Below, piece after piece: positions 1 through 12,649 of a stretch of 64,000 bases of DNA. This stretch comes from Chara braunii. Taxonomy: Eukaryota; Plantae; Charophyceae. Each line of letters opens with the position of its first letter. The stretch's first letter is position 1. The notes below the pieces were generated by a model. That model was not told the DNA's origin and ran no database searches. It saw only the letters and a list, made by a program, of their open reading frames with translations. The translations under genes and the position numbers were made by a program. Location of the stretch: the NCBI GenBank assembly GCA_003427395.1, contig BFEA01000044.1, forward strand, positions 1,114,905 through 1,178,904, read 5' to 3'.

Positions 1-220
1 ATGACAAGGACGGCGCGGCGCAGCGACGAGGACGAGAGGCATGGTGATGATGACGTGGCGCAACGGCGGCGATCCCGTCGGTGACGATGATGACGGGGCA
101 CAATGACGACGATCGTGATGATGACGATGATGACGTGGCACGNCAACGACGATCTCGACGATGATGTTGATGATGGCCGTTGACGACATCGAAGGAGGGT
201 GGGTCGGGCGGATTCGAACC

Positions 221-232
221 GCTCCGATACCA
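221..232 (-). promoter_or_regulatory. Primer-binding site (tRNA-iMet type) of an LTR retrotransposon
   Basis: Minus strand reads TGGTATCGGAGC (canonical iMet PBS TGGTATCAGAGC, 1 mismatch), 1 nt after an LTR end ...CGTTACA; similarity continues as GGTTCGAATCC. Confidence 0.75.
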
Positions 233-233
233 G

Positions 234-2563
234 TGTAACGAGCGTGAGGCTGAGGGTGAGCCGAGGGAGAGGAGAGAGAGGGAGAGAGTGAGAGCACACA
301 CACACACACTCACTCACTTGACACGACGGACTCGGACTGAGGATCGGACGCAGACACAGTGGCAAGTCACACTGAGTACGAGTACAGCAGCCGAGAACTG
401 GTACGAGACTGGTCCCCGTACCGTACGGGGAGCCGGTATAAGTACCGATTACACGTACGGTACCAGGGGCATTTCTGCAAAGGCCCCGAGGGCAGAACTG
501 AAAAATGCAGTATTTGAAAGTGGCACCCGAATTGCAGCATGGCGCCAGTTGTCCAAAAGCCTACGGTACCAAAGGAGGGGTTTGGAAAAAGGGTGCCAGG
601 CCGAAAACGGGATGCAGCCGAAACAGCGAATGATAGACCAGGGATCGAGCCCTGGCGAAGTCCGTAACAGCGAAGATGACACGCAACGAATAATCTTGGA
701 GCCCGAGCGGTGGGAAACTTAAAATAATAACATGACGCGCAACATAACACTCTCACAAAGCAGAACAGACACAATGGACGCAGAACGCATCCGGAGACAA
801 CTGGACAGCCCTATGAGAGGCGAGTATTGGCGATGCCCGACATGTTTCGACTGGCACCGATGAAACCAATCATCCTCAGGGGCTATGCACGGACCAAGAT
901 GACATTCGTGACACATCCAAGAGCTTATATAGAAGGACAAAGCAGCGTTCCACATGCCGCGAGGTCATGTAACAGAGGGAGCACTTAGCTTGTAGGCCGA
1001 CCAAGTCGAGGCATAACCACAGAGCTCCTTGTGAGAATGGAACCGATCATCCATTGATATAATTCCCGAGTAAAGCTACGAGCCAAAGATCAGGGAAAGA
1101 CAAGTTCCATGCCCTGAAGTAACTCTGGAATGAGCATTGCAGAGGGCCTGACTGGAAGCAACGTACTGTGGGCAGGAATGAGTAGGGAGTTAGGGGAAGT
1201 GGAAGGAACAAGGAAAGGAAGTNNNNNNNNNNNNNNNNNNNNNNNNNNNNNNNNNNNNNNNNNNNNNNNNNNNNNNNNNNNNNNNNNNNNNNNNNNNNNN
1301 NNNNNNNNNNNNNNNNNNNNNNNNNNNNNNNNNNNNNNNNNNNNNNNNNNNNNNNNNNNNNNNNNNNNNNNNNNNNNNNNNNNNNNNNNNNNNNNNNNNN
1401 NNNNNNNNNNNNNNNNNNNNNNNNNNNGAAGTGGAAGGAACAAGGAAAGGAAGTGGTGAGACTGGTGGAGTTGGGTGGCGGAGAGAAGGGGAATAGTAAA
1501 TGATATAGGAATATTTTTTATGTACAGAGGACCGGGAATTCTCCCCAGGCATATAAGTACCCAGTGTGAACGTGTTTTCCTAAACAGCGGGAAAAAAATG
1601 GAGGGTACCGAGACGATCTACTGAAGGGGGCTGGGAAAGAAGCGGGTGCAGAGGACCACTGCCAGGAAAAAATGGGATACCCTAGAGTGGTTTCCCGTAT
1701 TCCGACCCGTCTTGATATGTCATCAGAACCATTCTGCCAAGTGTTTAGCAGACTTGAGCATCCGCGCGGCTTATCTATAGCGAACGAGGCTTCACAACGT
1801 GCCCGTCCCACCCAGACTTCAGTCCCTTTCCCTGATGGACAGCTTCACCCTCGCCGGTAGGCTCCGTCTTTCAAGGAGGGGGGAGGGGGGGGGGGGGGCA
1901 TTCCACGGATTCCACACAGGCACCACAAGGGCCGTCGGTTGGGTTAGGGGTTAGTAGGGTTCTAGGCTCCGCTTAGGACCACTGTTGTTTTGGCCCACTT
2001 TAGGACCCCTAGGATTCAGAGGCCAGATAGGCCTGTTTCGCTAGTAGGCCCAGTTAGGCCAGTTTTGGACCAGCGCTACTATCCAGGTTACGTCTAGGTG
2101 TCAGTCCAGATTTTGTGTAGGTGCCAGTCTCCTGTTGGGACCCAGTTTTTGTCTCGTTTTCGTTTTGGCGCCAGTACACATCCTGGCCCAGCAACGCAGC
2201 ACTATCCAGGTAGTTTGAGGCTGGACTTCGGAGAGCCCAGCGCTATATATAACTGGCCCTCCTCCAGTCCAGCCGGTAGTTTTTCGAGGTAGCACTGAGA
2301 CAGTTCCTCCGAAGTGTTCAGTAGTCGACGTGCTGGGCGCAGTAGCATTGGAGTAGAGAGTAGTTTTCCAGTGCTTGGTGCTGTGCTAAAGTAATCGAGC
2401 TTGGGCTGCAGCATGCTGCAGCGGGGACCAGGGACTTTAGGCTGGTGGAGGGCGGGGGACATACCTGACGACTTACATGTGATGCCGTCGCTCCAGCTTC
2501 GTCTTCAGCAGGTCCATACTGCATCAAGGCGCCACCTTTCTGCACGTCAATACCTGGATACAT

Positions 2564-2567
<4 letters not shown>
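234..2567 (-). mobile_element. 5' LTR (~2.3 kb, contains an N gap) of an LTR retrotransposon whose internal region runs off the left edge of the window
   Basis: Termini on the minus strand TGTGATG...CGTTACA (TG..CA with short inverted repeat); PBS adjacent at 221-232; TATA-like TTATATATAG near 2242-2252; abuts a (CA)/(AG)n tract. The 2567 boundary is inferred. Confidence 0.6.
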
Positions 2568-2657
<90 letters not shown>

Positions 2658-2732
2658 NNNNNNNNNNNNNNNNNNNNNNNNNNNNNNNNNNNNNNNNNNN
2701 NNNNNNNNNNNNNNNNNNNNNNNNNNNNNNNN

Positions 2733-2789
<57 letters not shown>

Positions 2790-3133
2790 TCCTTCTTTTT
2801 CTTCCTTTCTTTTCCTGTCCTCCATCGCCCCTCCTTTCCCTTTCTGAGCTCTTCTTCTTCTTCTTCTTCTGGTTCTGTTGCTGTCCATACTGAGTAAAAT
2901 CTTTATATTTCAGTCTTCCGCTGTGCTATTTTTGTATTGTATTTGCAGGGTCGGTTCTTGGTTCTGATAGATGCCAATTAGGCATGCGGCACAGACACTG
3001 GGCTGCTACAGACCTTTCTAACTTCTCAGAGAGTTTCTAATGCATACCGGATAGTGGCAATCCGTTTTGTACAAATACAAATACATCATGAATCCACTGC
3101 AACATGGCAAACCGGGGGAGGGGGGGAGGGGGG

Positions 3134-3177
<44 letters not shown>

Positions 3178-3538
3178 AAATGTGCCTAACCCGGCCATCC
3201 ATGCACTCACTTCAAGGACTCCATCGTGCACAGTCACCCACCACACATCTACGTTCTCATTCAGGGAATCGTCCGCAAGGGGCTTTTGATTACGAATAAC
3301 CTTTAAAACAATTCATTTTCACTTCATTAAAAGTGGGCAAAATGCATTAAAAGAAGACCAGGCACATTTGTCACAAGTCCAATCCTGAAGTTGCTTCGCA
3401 TAATTGAGGACGAGGGTAAACAAGACAAACATCTATACGCCCAGACTGTCCAAGTCAATGCTGTGTGTGCTGGCATTCCTCTTCCATTACCACATCATCT
3501 TCCCCATCGAGTAGTGGCAGGAATCGTGTAAGTCGGAA

Positions 3539-3800
3539 GTCTTGGGCCACATGACATAAGCCCTTCCCATCTACTGTCTCATCCATCCTCAATGGTTTCA
3601 CCAAGCAACGAAATGTCTGCAAATCAAGTTAATCAACACGAATGATGTGAATTAAATGGTTAATCTCAAAGTCTTGGGCCACTTGACATAAGCCCTTCAC
3701 ATCTTCTGTCTCATCCATCCTCAATGGTCTCACCAAGCAACGAACTGTCTACAAATCCAGTTAATCAACACTACTGATAAGCATTAAATGGTTAATCTCA
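3539..3800. repeat. Tandem duplication of ~131 bp
   Basis: GTCTTGGGCCAC.TGACATAAGCCCTT...ATTAAATGGTTAATCTCA occurs twice, at ~3539 and ~3671. Confidence 0.85.
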
Positions 3801-5247
3801 GAGAGCTATTTTACTTTTACACAGTTCTGGTACCATACATACCAGAAACAGATGAAAGAAAGAAACTTATATGAAGGAGGCTGCAACCTAGAGCAGCTCA
3901 TGCAATTGCAAACATGCTTTTTTGGCATGAAAAGTGTACAGAGTCTACAGACAACGATGCAGTCAAAGCACCTAAGCAAGTCAGCAGCACAAGATAGGCT
4001 CAAACCGGTGTATGTTATGAGCAGCTACCGATCTCAACATCGTCGTCAGTGGCAAAAGCAGCACGGGGAACAGCAGTAGAAATAAAAGAGCTATCACTTT
4101 TGGGTTAGAAGCAGCCACACCAGCAGGGCCATCAGCAACAGCAGGATCAGAGGCAGCGTGACCACCGGCAATTAAGCAGCAGGATCAGTTTCACCACCAG
4201 AATTGATATCAACAGCAGAATTCTTAGGAAGATGAGAATACTCACTGATTATGTCCCTGCGTTTTGTACACACTGCGCATCGCTCCTACTGATTTAATGG
4301 TCAAGTTTGTGAAAAAAAAGAAAAGAGCAACAAACAAAACGCAGCAGCAAGATCACTAGCATCATAAGAAGGAACATCAGAGTCCGCAAAGTGAGCAGCA
4401 CTCTGAGTTCAGAAGCATGAGCATCATGGGCAGCATTAGAAGCAGGAAGCAGCAGCATCACAGGCAGGATCGGAAGCAGGATAATACAAACAGCAAAACA
4501 CCTTTGAAGAAGCAGCAAGCAGTCGCAAGATAATCAGCAGCCTCATTCCCTCTTCAGAACCAGGATCGGCAGGGAAATCCTCTGCAGAATTAGAAGCGGG
4601 CCCAGTAGCATCAGAAACTGAAGAATCAGCAGCTGCCGCAGCAGCAACAGCAGAGGCCCCCGCTGCATCAGCAGAGGGGAATTCTCTGCAGAATTAGAAT
4701 CAGGGCCGGTAGCATCAGAAGCTGGAGCATAAGCAGCCACAGCAACGGCAACAGCAGAAGCACCAGCTGCGGCAGCATAACCAAGAGAGGGGTCACTAGA
4801 GGGTCACTAGAGTATAAAGACCATTCGCTAGAATTCCTAAGCCTTCAGTGACAAGATCAGCAGCAGCCTTCACAGCATTATCAAAATTACCTGCAAAAGC
4901 ATCAGCAGCCCCTGTTATATGAGAACTATGAGAACCACAGTCAGAACGTGTGAGTGACACTCAAATTGCGTCAATCACACTTCCAAGACCTCGGCATCGG
5001 CATGAGGGTCAGCATATTCCTTACCAGGACCATCTGCAGAGAGCTCAGTCACCACATCATCTTCACGAACAGCAGAAGCATATTAAGAAGAGTAAGCGGT
5101 AGAAACAGTATTGCACATATCTCTGTCTGCATGCACCTGTTCATGAATCACTGCCAGAGGCACGAGAGAGAAGTCTGTTAAGCATAAGAAGAAAGTGTCA
5201 GGCCGTATAAATGTGTAACACCACTAATGCAGTGTCGCAACCAGATT

Positions 5248-5427
5248 CTACTTTATCTTGAAGAATTCACTCGCCACAGGATGGATAGCGTTTCCTTGGG
5301 TAATGCAGCCGCTCTCGCTTGGCATAGCTGCAACATCATAGATTTCCCTCCATCGATCAGCCAGTCTTCTCACCAAAGGCTCATCAGCATGGTGTGCAAG
5401 AGGGTCGAAATCCCACGGCTTCAGTCC
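5248..5427 (-). CDS. GolS: Galactinol synthase-like GT8 glycosyltransferase, exon 4 (terminal)
   Basis: Acceptor ...aacatag then GLKPWDFDPLAHHADEPLVRRLADRWREIYD...FKIK-TAG; aligns with the GolS GSKPW...KKWWDIY segment; read by hand, not in the ORF track. Confidence 0.85.
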   Translation of the reverse strand, partial: GLKPWDFDPLAHHADEPLVRRLADRWREIYDVAAMPSESGCITQGNAIHPVASEFFKIK

Positions 5428-7798
5428 CTATGTTTAGCCAGTTCAGAAACACAAACGCAGATGCAACAAGCAAACAAGCCATCATTAGTCAACAAAAAAA
5501 TAAGAAAAAAGAAAAAAAACACCATCAGCCACAACAGCCAGCCTCTCTCCCACATGACTTCATTGTATTCTGATCGGCAACTTTGAGAATAAAAAAATTT
5601 GAAAATCATAACAAGCGACACACGTTTGGAAATCAGTAGATTGCCCCAAAGGTACAAATTGTCAGAGATAACAGCACCTCCCGAGTCCTCCACCTTCAAT
5701 GTAATTGGGCCATATGCCCCTGTCACAGGCTGAGATGCCAGGGTCACCGTTGACATACTCCAACAGTCCAACAGCTACTGACTAAATTGAGACATAAATT
5801 TACTGTGCAAAAAGGAGGCTGATGGGCAAGGAAGCTGGGGGGAAAGCTGTAGGCCAAGGGAGGGAGGGGGAGGAAGGACGAGACGGAGCATCCGGAACTT
5901 TATGAATTGGGAGATGAGCAGCGGGGTACAGGGAAGGAGTGTGGCATGCACATGCCTCCCACACAGGCCCTGGGGACACGTGGCTAACTCCATATCGGTC
6001 GTGAAAAAAATGAAAAAACAAAATTCCTGCTCTTCTTTTATCTATTTTCATTTTTTTCTTTTTAACCAAATATCGCTTTTCATTTTTTTTAAATCGTAAA
6101 TCAAGTGAAATTCGGGAAAAAACAATTATGAACCCTACAACCCATATATATATTTTTTTTTTTTTTTTTTTTTTTGTCCATTCCCCCCCCCCCCCCCCCC
6201 CCAAAAAAAAAAAAGGGGCCGCGAGGTACGCCTTGTTGGCGGCCGATTTGCGTGTGGCCTAGGCCGCGGGTGTCACGTAGCTCCACTCCGTTCGAAACAA
6301 AAAGATTTGGAAGTTTTTAGGTGTTTCCGTCCTAAAGCTCCCTTTGGGACTCCCTCCACAACTTTCAAATCAAACCGAATTTACAGAGATCATCAAGAGT
6401 TATCCACTACCGAAAAAAGACATTATGGGCATCCTCACAAGTCTGAAATGATTCTCCAATGACCCCATTAAACTTAGCAGTACCTCGCCCAGCAATTTCT
6501 TTCAGAAGCAGCTGTAAACGCGCCGCGGCTTTCGCAGGTCCGTGTCGACCTAACGGGGCAAAATGGCTGGTGGCACCAGCCAAATGAAGGCCTGTGCCAG
6601 TTCGTTTTTTTTTGGCGCGCAGGGCGTTTCCAGGCTCAGCAAGAGAACCACCGAAGGTACCTGGTGGTTTAAACTTCCTTGCTCCCGGGGCCTCGATCTT
6701 TGTGCTGCAGGCGGAGGAGTCTCCGGTTTTGGCGAGTCCTATCCATTGGCTTTCGATAAAAATGGCTTTTATCAGAAGTCTGATTTGGAGACTTGGTGGA
6801 GCGAGACCCTTCATTCTGCAATCAGACTCGTTCTCAAACACACTTTTCATGCATGTAAACAGCAACGCAGCATACTGGCGACATGCGCCCACTCAAAACT
6901 CAGAGATATGGCTTTCAGATACGAGTTCACTCTCAATTGGCTATGGCGACTTCAGCGCCCAAACATCTCACTGTTCACATACACTGGATCACCCTGGATA
7001 TCCCACACGCATCACTCTANNNNNNNNNNNNNNNNNNNNNNNNNNNNNNNNNNNNNNNNNNNNNNNNNNNNNNNNNNNNNNNNNNNNNNNNNNNNNNNNN
7101 NNNNNNNNNNNNNNNNNNNNNNNNNNNNNNNNNNNNNNNNNNNNNNNNNNNNNNNNNNNNNNNNNNNNNNNNNNNNNNNNNNNNNNNNNNNNNNNNNNNN
7201 NNNNNNNNNNNNNNNNNNNNNNNNNNNNNNNNNNNNNNNNNNNNNNNNNNNNNNNNNNNNNNNNNNNNNNNNNNNNNNNNNNNNNNNNNNNNNNNNNNNN
7301 NNNNNNNNNNNNNNNNNNNNNNNNNNNNNNNNNNNNNNNNNNNNNNNNNNNNNNNNNNNNNNNNNNNNNNNNNNNNNNNNNNNNAAGGTCTACAGCTAAG
7401 CTTCCAGAACTCCCTAAGACTCCTACGCTATAGACCTACAGATCGAACCCCTGCTGTCTATGGACCTACGACAGGTCTACCAACTGCCTACGAATACACA
7501 GGTCACAGGTTCAATTCTCAGGGTCTACACAGATACTGTACATGGGTACGGTGAGGTCTAGGGATCGAACCCTGTGTACTGCATCCGCTACTGCTAAAAG
7601 GTGAAAACCGTTTCAATTCAGTGGAGCCGAGCCTCATGGTTTGGAGAGTTGGTGGAGCGAGATCCTTCATTTCAGCATATTTGAAATTTCTCTTTTATCA
7701 TGTCCCCATTTTGGGTGTTCTGCCCTCCAACTGCTTCCCCTCACGCCGAACAAAGAAAACAAAATCTTAAGATTCAAAGGTCAGGGACAAAAACTTAC

Positions 7799-7933
7799 GG
7801 TGCCACAGAAGTGAACAATCTTCAGCTCCTCCTCTTCCACATTTTCAGGATGTCTCCAAATGAGGGCAAATACCAAGTTGTAGCAGTTGGGAATAGGCTT
7901 GAAAGTCTTTCTGAAATACATGTTCAGGAAGTC
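7799..7933 (-). CDS. GolS: Galactinol synthase-like gene, exon 3
   Basis: ttgcag|DFLNMYFRKTFKPIPNCYNLVFALIWRHPENVEEEELKIVHFCGT|gtaagt; 135 nt, phase 0 at both ends; matches GolS DFLNMYF...YNLV.A.LWRHPENV. Confidence 0.92.
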
Positions 7934-8134
7934 CTGCAACCAACGCGGACATTACATTTAAAAAAAAAATACGAAAAGACCGTTCAGAAATGCACAAAGT
8001 GCCACAAACGTTTCTTTAGTCTTTTGATTGCCCGTGTGTTCCCCTCCACACCCACCAAAAGCGAAAATCGACATAAGGATGGCACTGCCAGCACGAGTCA
8101 CGTTACCGAGTACGGGGAAGTCAAGAAGCCAGGA

Positions 8135-8230
8135 TTACCTTACTCGGCCTTTTGGCTAAGATCAAGTGCAGTATTTGTTCTGGTCAGTTTAAAATCTGAT
8201 CCGTAGTCCATCAGGCCACATTGATATTAG
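8135..8230 (+). pseudogene. U2: 3'-truncated U2 snRNA pseudogene in GolS intron 2 (antisense to the gene)
   Basis: TACCTTACTCGGCCTTTTGGCTAAGATCAAGTGCAGTATTTGTTCTGGTCAGTTTAAAATCTGAT matches the plant U2 5' end; branch-pairing GTAGTA is changed to GCAGTA; similarity ends before the Sm site. Confidence 0.88.
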
Positions 8231-9432
8231 ACCACCACTACCTCCGAACATGTTTTTGCCAAACCTGAATGTCACTGTGCATCAAATTTTGCCGAGCCTG
8301 GGTCCCATTTTATTTTCTGGTACTCACGGCAGTTGCATCCCAAAAACGAACAAGGGAAAAAACAAGAACAAAAAAGAAACTTCCCTAACGCTGTGATAGC
8401 ATCAGATACATTCTATGAGGTGCTAGTGAGCCTACTGTGACTGTGCACTCATTGAGGGCGTCTGTCCAATGAACAGCAGATGAAGAAGAAGAAAAAAAGC
8501 ATCCCTTATGATGTGACTGCGGTCCGATAGACGGCGCTGTGACTTCCACCTCAGTGAGGGCCTTCCCTGAGGTCGCTGCATTCAAAGTTCTTAGTTCCAT
8601 TTTGCTCAAAGCACTGGTGCAACTTCCACCTCAGTGAGGGCCTTCCCTGAGGTCGCTGGAAAGTTCTTAGTTCCCCCCGCCCCCCCTTCCCCCCCCTCTC
8701 ACCGCAGGTCCACAGGGTCCCAATCTTTTCCTTTTTTTTCCTTTCCTGCCGAGAGACTTTTCGGAGGAGGCTCTTGTCCCATTTTTCCGAACACTGGCAA
8801 AGGTTGTGGTGGTTTAAAGTAGGGGAAAAAAAGAGAAAAAAAAAGCGCCAGGATTACAACTCATGTGATCTATTGTATTTCAGCACCTATGGTTTCCATT
8901 TTGGAACCCACAAACTGCCCAGGTAACAGCACCATCTCTCTCCCATTTGCATCTGCAGATTGTGCACCAGTCGCCCAGTCACTCAACAAGTAAGGGCAGA
9001 CTTGCAGCAAGACTCTCCTGCAGGGTGTGGAGGAAATCACGGATGGAGAGGATAACTAAACTGTTAGACTAACCCCCTAAACAATCGGCGGAAAACACCA
9101 AAAACATGGCTTGGGCGACCGGTGGTGGTGAGCTAGCAAAGGGCGATGCTCTTTGCAATAGGAGGGTTTTCTGAGTTTAAACATTCACAAGTCCATGTCA
9201 GGGGACGGAATGGGTTATTGCTTTCTTTTTTTTTGGGGGGGGGGGGGGGTATTGCTGACCTGTATCCAATTAGGTTATATGGCATTTGCTTGTGGTATCT
9301 CCAATTATCCTGTGAGTTTTTGGATGAAAAATGCTCCTTTCAAAGCATTACTTCTTGAATTCAGGTTCTTCTATTCAGGAAACAAAGAGTGATTCAGGCT
9401 CGATAACGGAAAGAGAAAGATCTCTAATTTAC

Positions 9433-9753
9433 CTGCTCAGCAAATGGAGTCGGCACTGTTGTGCTCAGAACAGAGACCATGTCCACAAAGATTGCCCTGC
9501 TCGGCTCAAAGACAAACATTCCTGCGTTGAAGTATGGAGGGGGGAAGTCATCTTCCCTCCAAAAAGAAGGCACCTTGTGTGACCTCTGTTGGCAGTAGCC
9601 GTCCCGGTATTGCTTGGTGTGCTGCCACGAAGACTCGCAGAAGCAGTCCAAAGCCGCAGAGAGTGTTCCTGGCGGTTCATTGAACAGCTCATCCACATTC
9701 TTGACCACCATCATGTCTGCGTCCAGATACACCATCTTCGAGAAGTCCTCAAA
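9433..9753 (-). CDS. GolS: Galactinol synthase-like gene, exon 2
   Basis: ccacag|FEDFSKMVYLDAD...DCFCE..W...YCQQ...PPPYFNAGMFVFEPS...PTPFAEQ|gtaaat; DxD motif and GolS-type CFCE/YCQQ block; 321 nt. Confidence 0.93.
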
Positions 9754-11169
9754 CTGTGGCGAATTTGCATGAAAACCGCATAAATGTCAACGTCATCCTC
9801 CTCATTTCAGAGAAAAATCCCTTCTTCCTCTCCCCCTCTCCCAGTCCTACAACCATCGCTATTAAGGCCCTGACAATTTCAACAGCAAAGAACCACAAAG
9901 AAATTGGTTATCAGAGAAAATAAGATATAACGGCCATTTCGCTAAAACGGACATTATATGTTTTTGGAACCAAATTGAAACCGACTTATTTGGCCCAAAA
10001 AGTGTAGTCGGGTTTCCAATTTCGTTCAAAAAATGTAAAATGTCTATTTTAACGAAATCATGGCTGTTATACACAGTTTGGTCAACTGGGAAATATTATC
10101 ACAGAGCAATTAACTAAGAGGAGAACCCTTCAGACATCTGTTCGGAATCACGCCCAAAAAATTCAGTAAAAGAATTTCAAAACACTTTGTGCTCCGGAAT
10201 TTGCGATCAGGTACTGAGTACGATCCATTCAATATCATCGGCACAGAACAAATGACATACCCGCAGTGGCCAGGTATGGATCATGAACCTGGCAGTCCGG
10301 GCCATCCACATGCATTCTCACATATGCAATATCGTCGGCACAAAATGAATGGCATCCAGTTCCCTCTTCACGTACCTGAATGCCTTCACTGGCCACCTAT
10401 GGATCATGAACCTGGCAGTCCAGCCCATCCAGATGCATTCTCACAGGCAAGCGGCATTCTATTGGTCGTTACTTTCCCAGCGGCACCTTTTCATTTACCC
10501 CTTCCATTCTCATAATACAGTAAGTCTAAGAGCTGAGCAGGCTAGAGCAACCGCCAACTACACCTGCCTGGCAGTATCCTCAACCGAGGAAGCGGGGAAG
10601 ACAGGTGGAGCCAGGTAGGGCGCCGTTAAAGCGCCGCTCTATGTCCCCTACCCCCTCTCTAACCCCGTTCTACCCCTGTTCCCCTCACTCCAACTTCCGA
10701 AAAACGCACAGTGGGGGCCCTGGGGGGTTGCGGATGACGAGGCCTGAGCCCCGCCATCCATCATCCGAAAACGACAATAAAAGAAAACGAACCTCTACAC
10801 TCCTGCGCCCGTACTAACGTACGCATATGGGTCGTTTGAACGACCGTACGAACGGGCCCAAGGGGGCACGTACGTTCCGTACAACCGTACGGGGGAAAAG
10901 GAGGAGTTTGGGGGGGGGGGGGGTTGAGCGCTTTGAGGCCAAGGGGGGGTGACGCATGTCGGGGGTCATCCCCCAGACCAAAAAAAAAAACTTGTTTTTT
11001 TTTTTCTTTGGTCAGGGGGAAAAAAAGAAAAAAACAAGATTGATTGATTGATTGTGAAAATGGGGAAAAAAAATCGGGTTGGAAATTTCTTTTTTTTTCT
11101 ACTGATTCAATTTGATTGACTGATGGATTGAATGGTGGTGGGGGGGGGTTGCCCCCCGACCCCACTGCA

Positions 11170-11211
<42 letters not shown>

Positions 11212-11685
11212 CACACACGCGCGCGCGCGCATGCACACACACAGATGCAACACACGCACACACACACACACACGCACGAGCGAGCACACAGACACACACG
11301 CACAAACACACACTCGCACACACACATGCACACACACACACGCACACACACGAACACACGCAGACACTCACGCACACACACAAATCCGTCGCCGGTCGGT
11401 TGAGACCAACTGAGCAGTCATCGCACAAACACACACGTGCACACGCACACGAACACAAGAACACACACACACAGCACACACACACAAAGCACCCAGACAC
11501 ACACATCCTCTCTCTCTCGCACGCCGGCGCGTGTGGCCGCGGACGTGCAGGGAGGGATGAAGAGACAGAGCGAGCGTGCGCTCCCTCCAAAGTGTTTATT
11601 TTTTATTAACTTGAATTTGAATGAATCAATCAACCAACCAACCAACCAACCAACCATCAATCAACCAACCAAATTTTATTTCTTT

Positions 11686-12238
11686 GGGTCTCATTAGACA
11701 CTCCTAAAAGAATCCAAAAAATTTTAATAGTCCTGAAGGATTTTTAGGATTTTGTGCGGTGTTGTTACACGCAATCCTAAAAATCATCTTTTAGGATTCG
11801 TCCCAAAAGGTCTCCCACGGCCGGTTTTCATATGCGCATACGCAGCCGCGTCGCCAAATTGAATGTCCGTCCATTCCTGCCAATGTCCATCCAATCCCCA
11901 CCAACGGCTTCCGTTCGCGACCGTTGCCCGCGTCGACCCGCAGAAAACCTCCGATGTCCGACCACTGACCCGACGGACCGCTTCTGCACCAGCAACTCCG
12001 TGTCGACGGTGCCATGCGCGCGACGCAACGAGTCCGTGAAACACGGGAATCCTAAATTTTTCAGTAGGTCGGGGGCTACTGGAAAATTTAGGACGATTTT
12101 GCCTGGGGAATCCTAAATCCTTTAGGACTCGTCCTAACGCCGTTTTCACATTTTCGATCTCAAAATTGGAATAGGAATTGCATGCAACCAAGACGCAATC
12201 CTAAAAACAGGCACTTTTAAGAGCGTCTAACGAGACCC
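11686..12238. mobile_element. PIF/Harbinger-like MITE
   Basis: 25-bp TIR GGGTCTCATTAGACACTCCTAAAAG / CTTTTAAGAGCGTCTAACGAGACCC (3 mismatches), 3-bp TTT on both flanks, internal AATCCTAAA/TTTAGGATT motifs. Confidence 0.75.
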
Positions 12239-12580
12239 TTTGTCTTGTTTTTTTTACCCGTTTTGTATTTTTTAGATCTTAAAAATATAAAAATAGACCC
12301 CCCCCCCCCAAAAAAAAAAAAGATGGGGCTGTAGAGCACAAAACGCTCTACAGCACCCTTGTTTTTTTTTCCTGTTTTGTATTTTCTTAGTTTTTTTAAA
12401 TATAAACACAGACCCCCCCCCCCCAAAAAAAAAGGGGCTGTAGAGCACAAAACGCTCTACAGCACCATTTTGTTTCTTTTTCTATTTTTTTTTGGGGGGG
12501 GGGTTGGCACTTCCTACCGGCCAGTATGAACGGCCGTACGACAGAACTCCCGTACGACGTACAGGGGTCAACACAGCACA

Positions 12581-12649
<69 letters not shown>

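Noticed and set aside
4000-5100. CAG/GCA-rich possible coding region downstream of GolS
   Set aside because: Only short ORFs and no recognisable domain; treated as low-complexity 3' flank
6407-7019. Alternative GolS exon 4 or a separate gene in intron 3
   Set aside because: No KPW motif or recognisable homology; the exon 4 candidate with a proper acceptor is at 5248-5427
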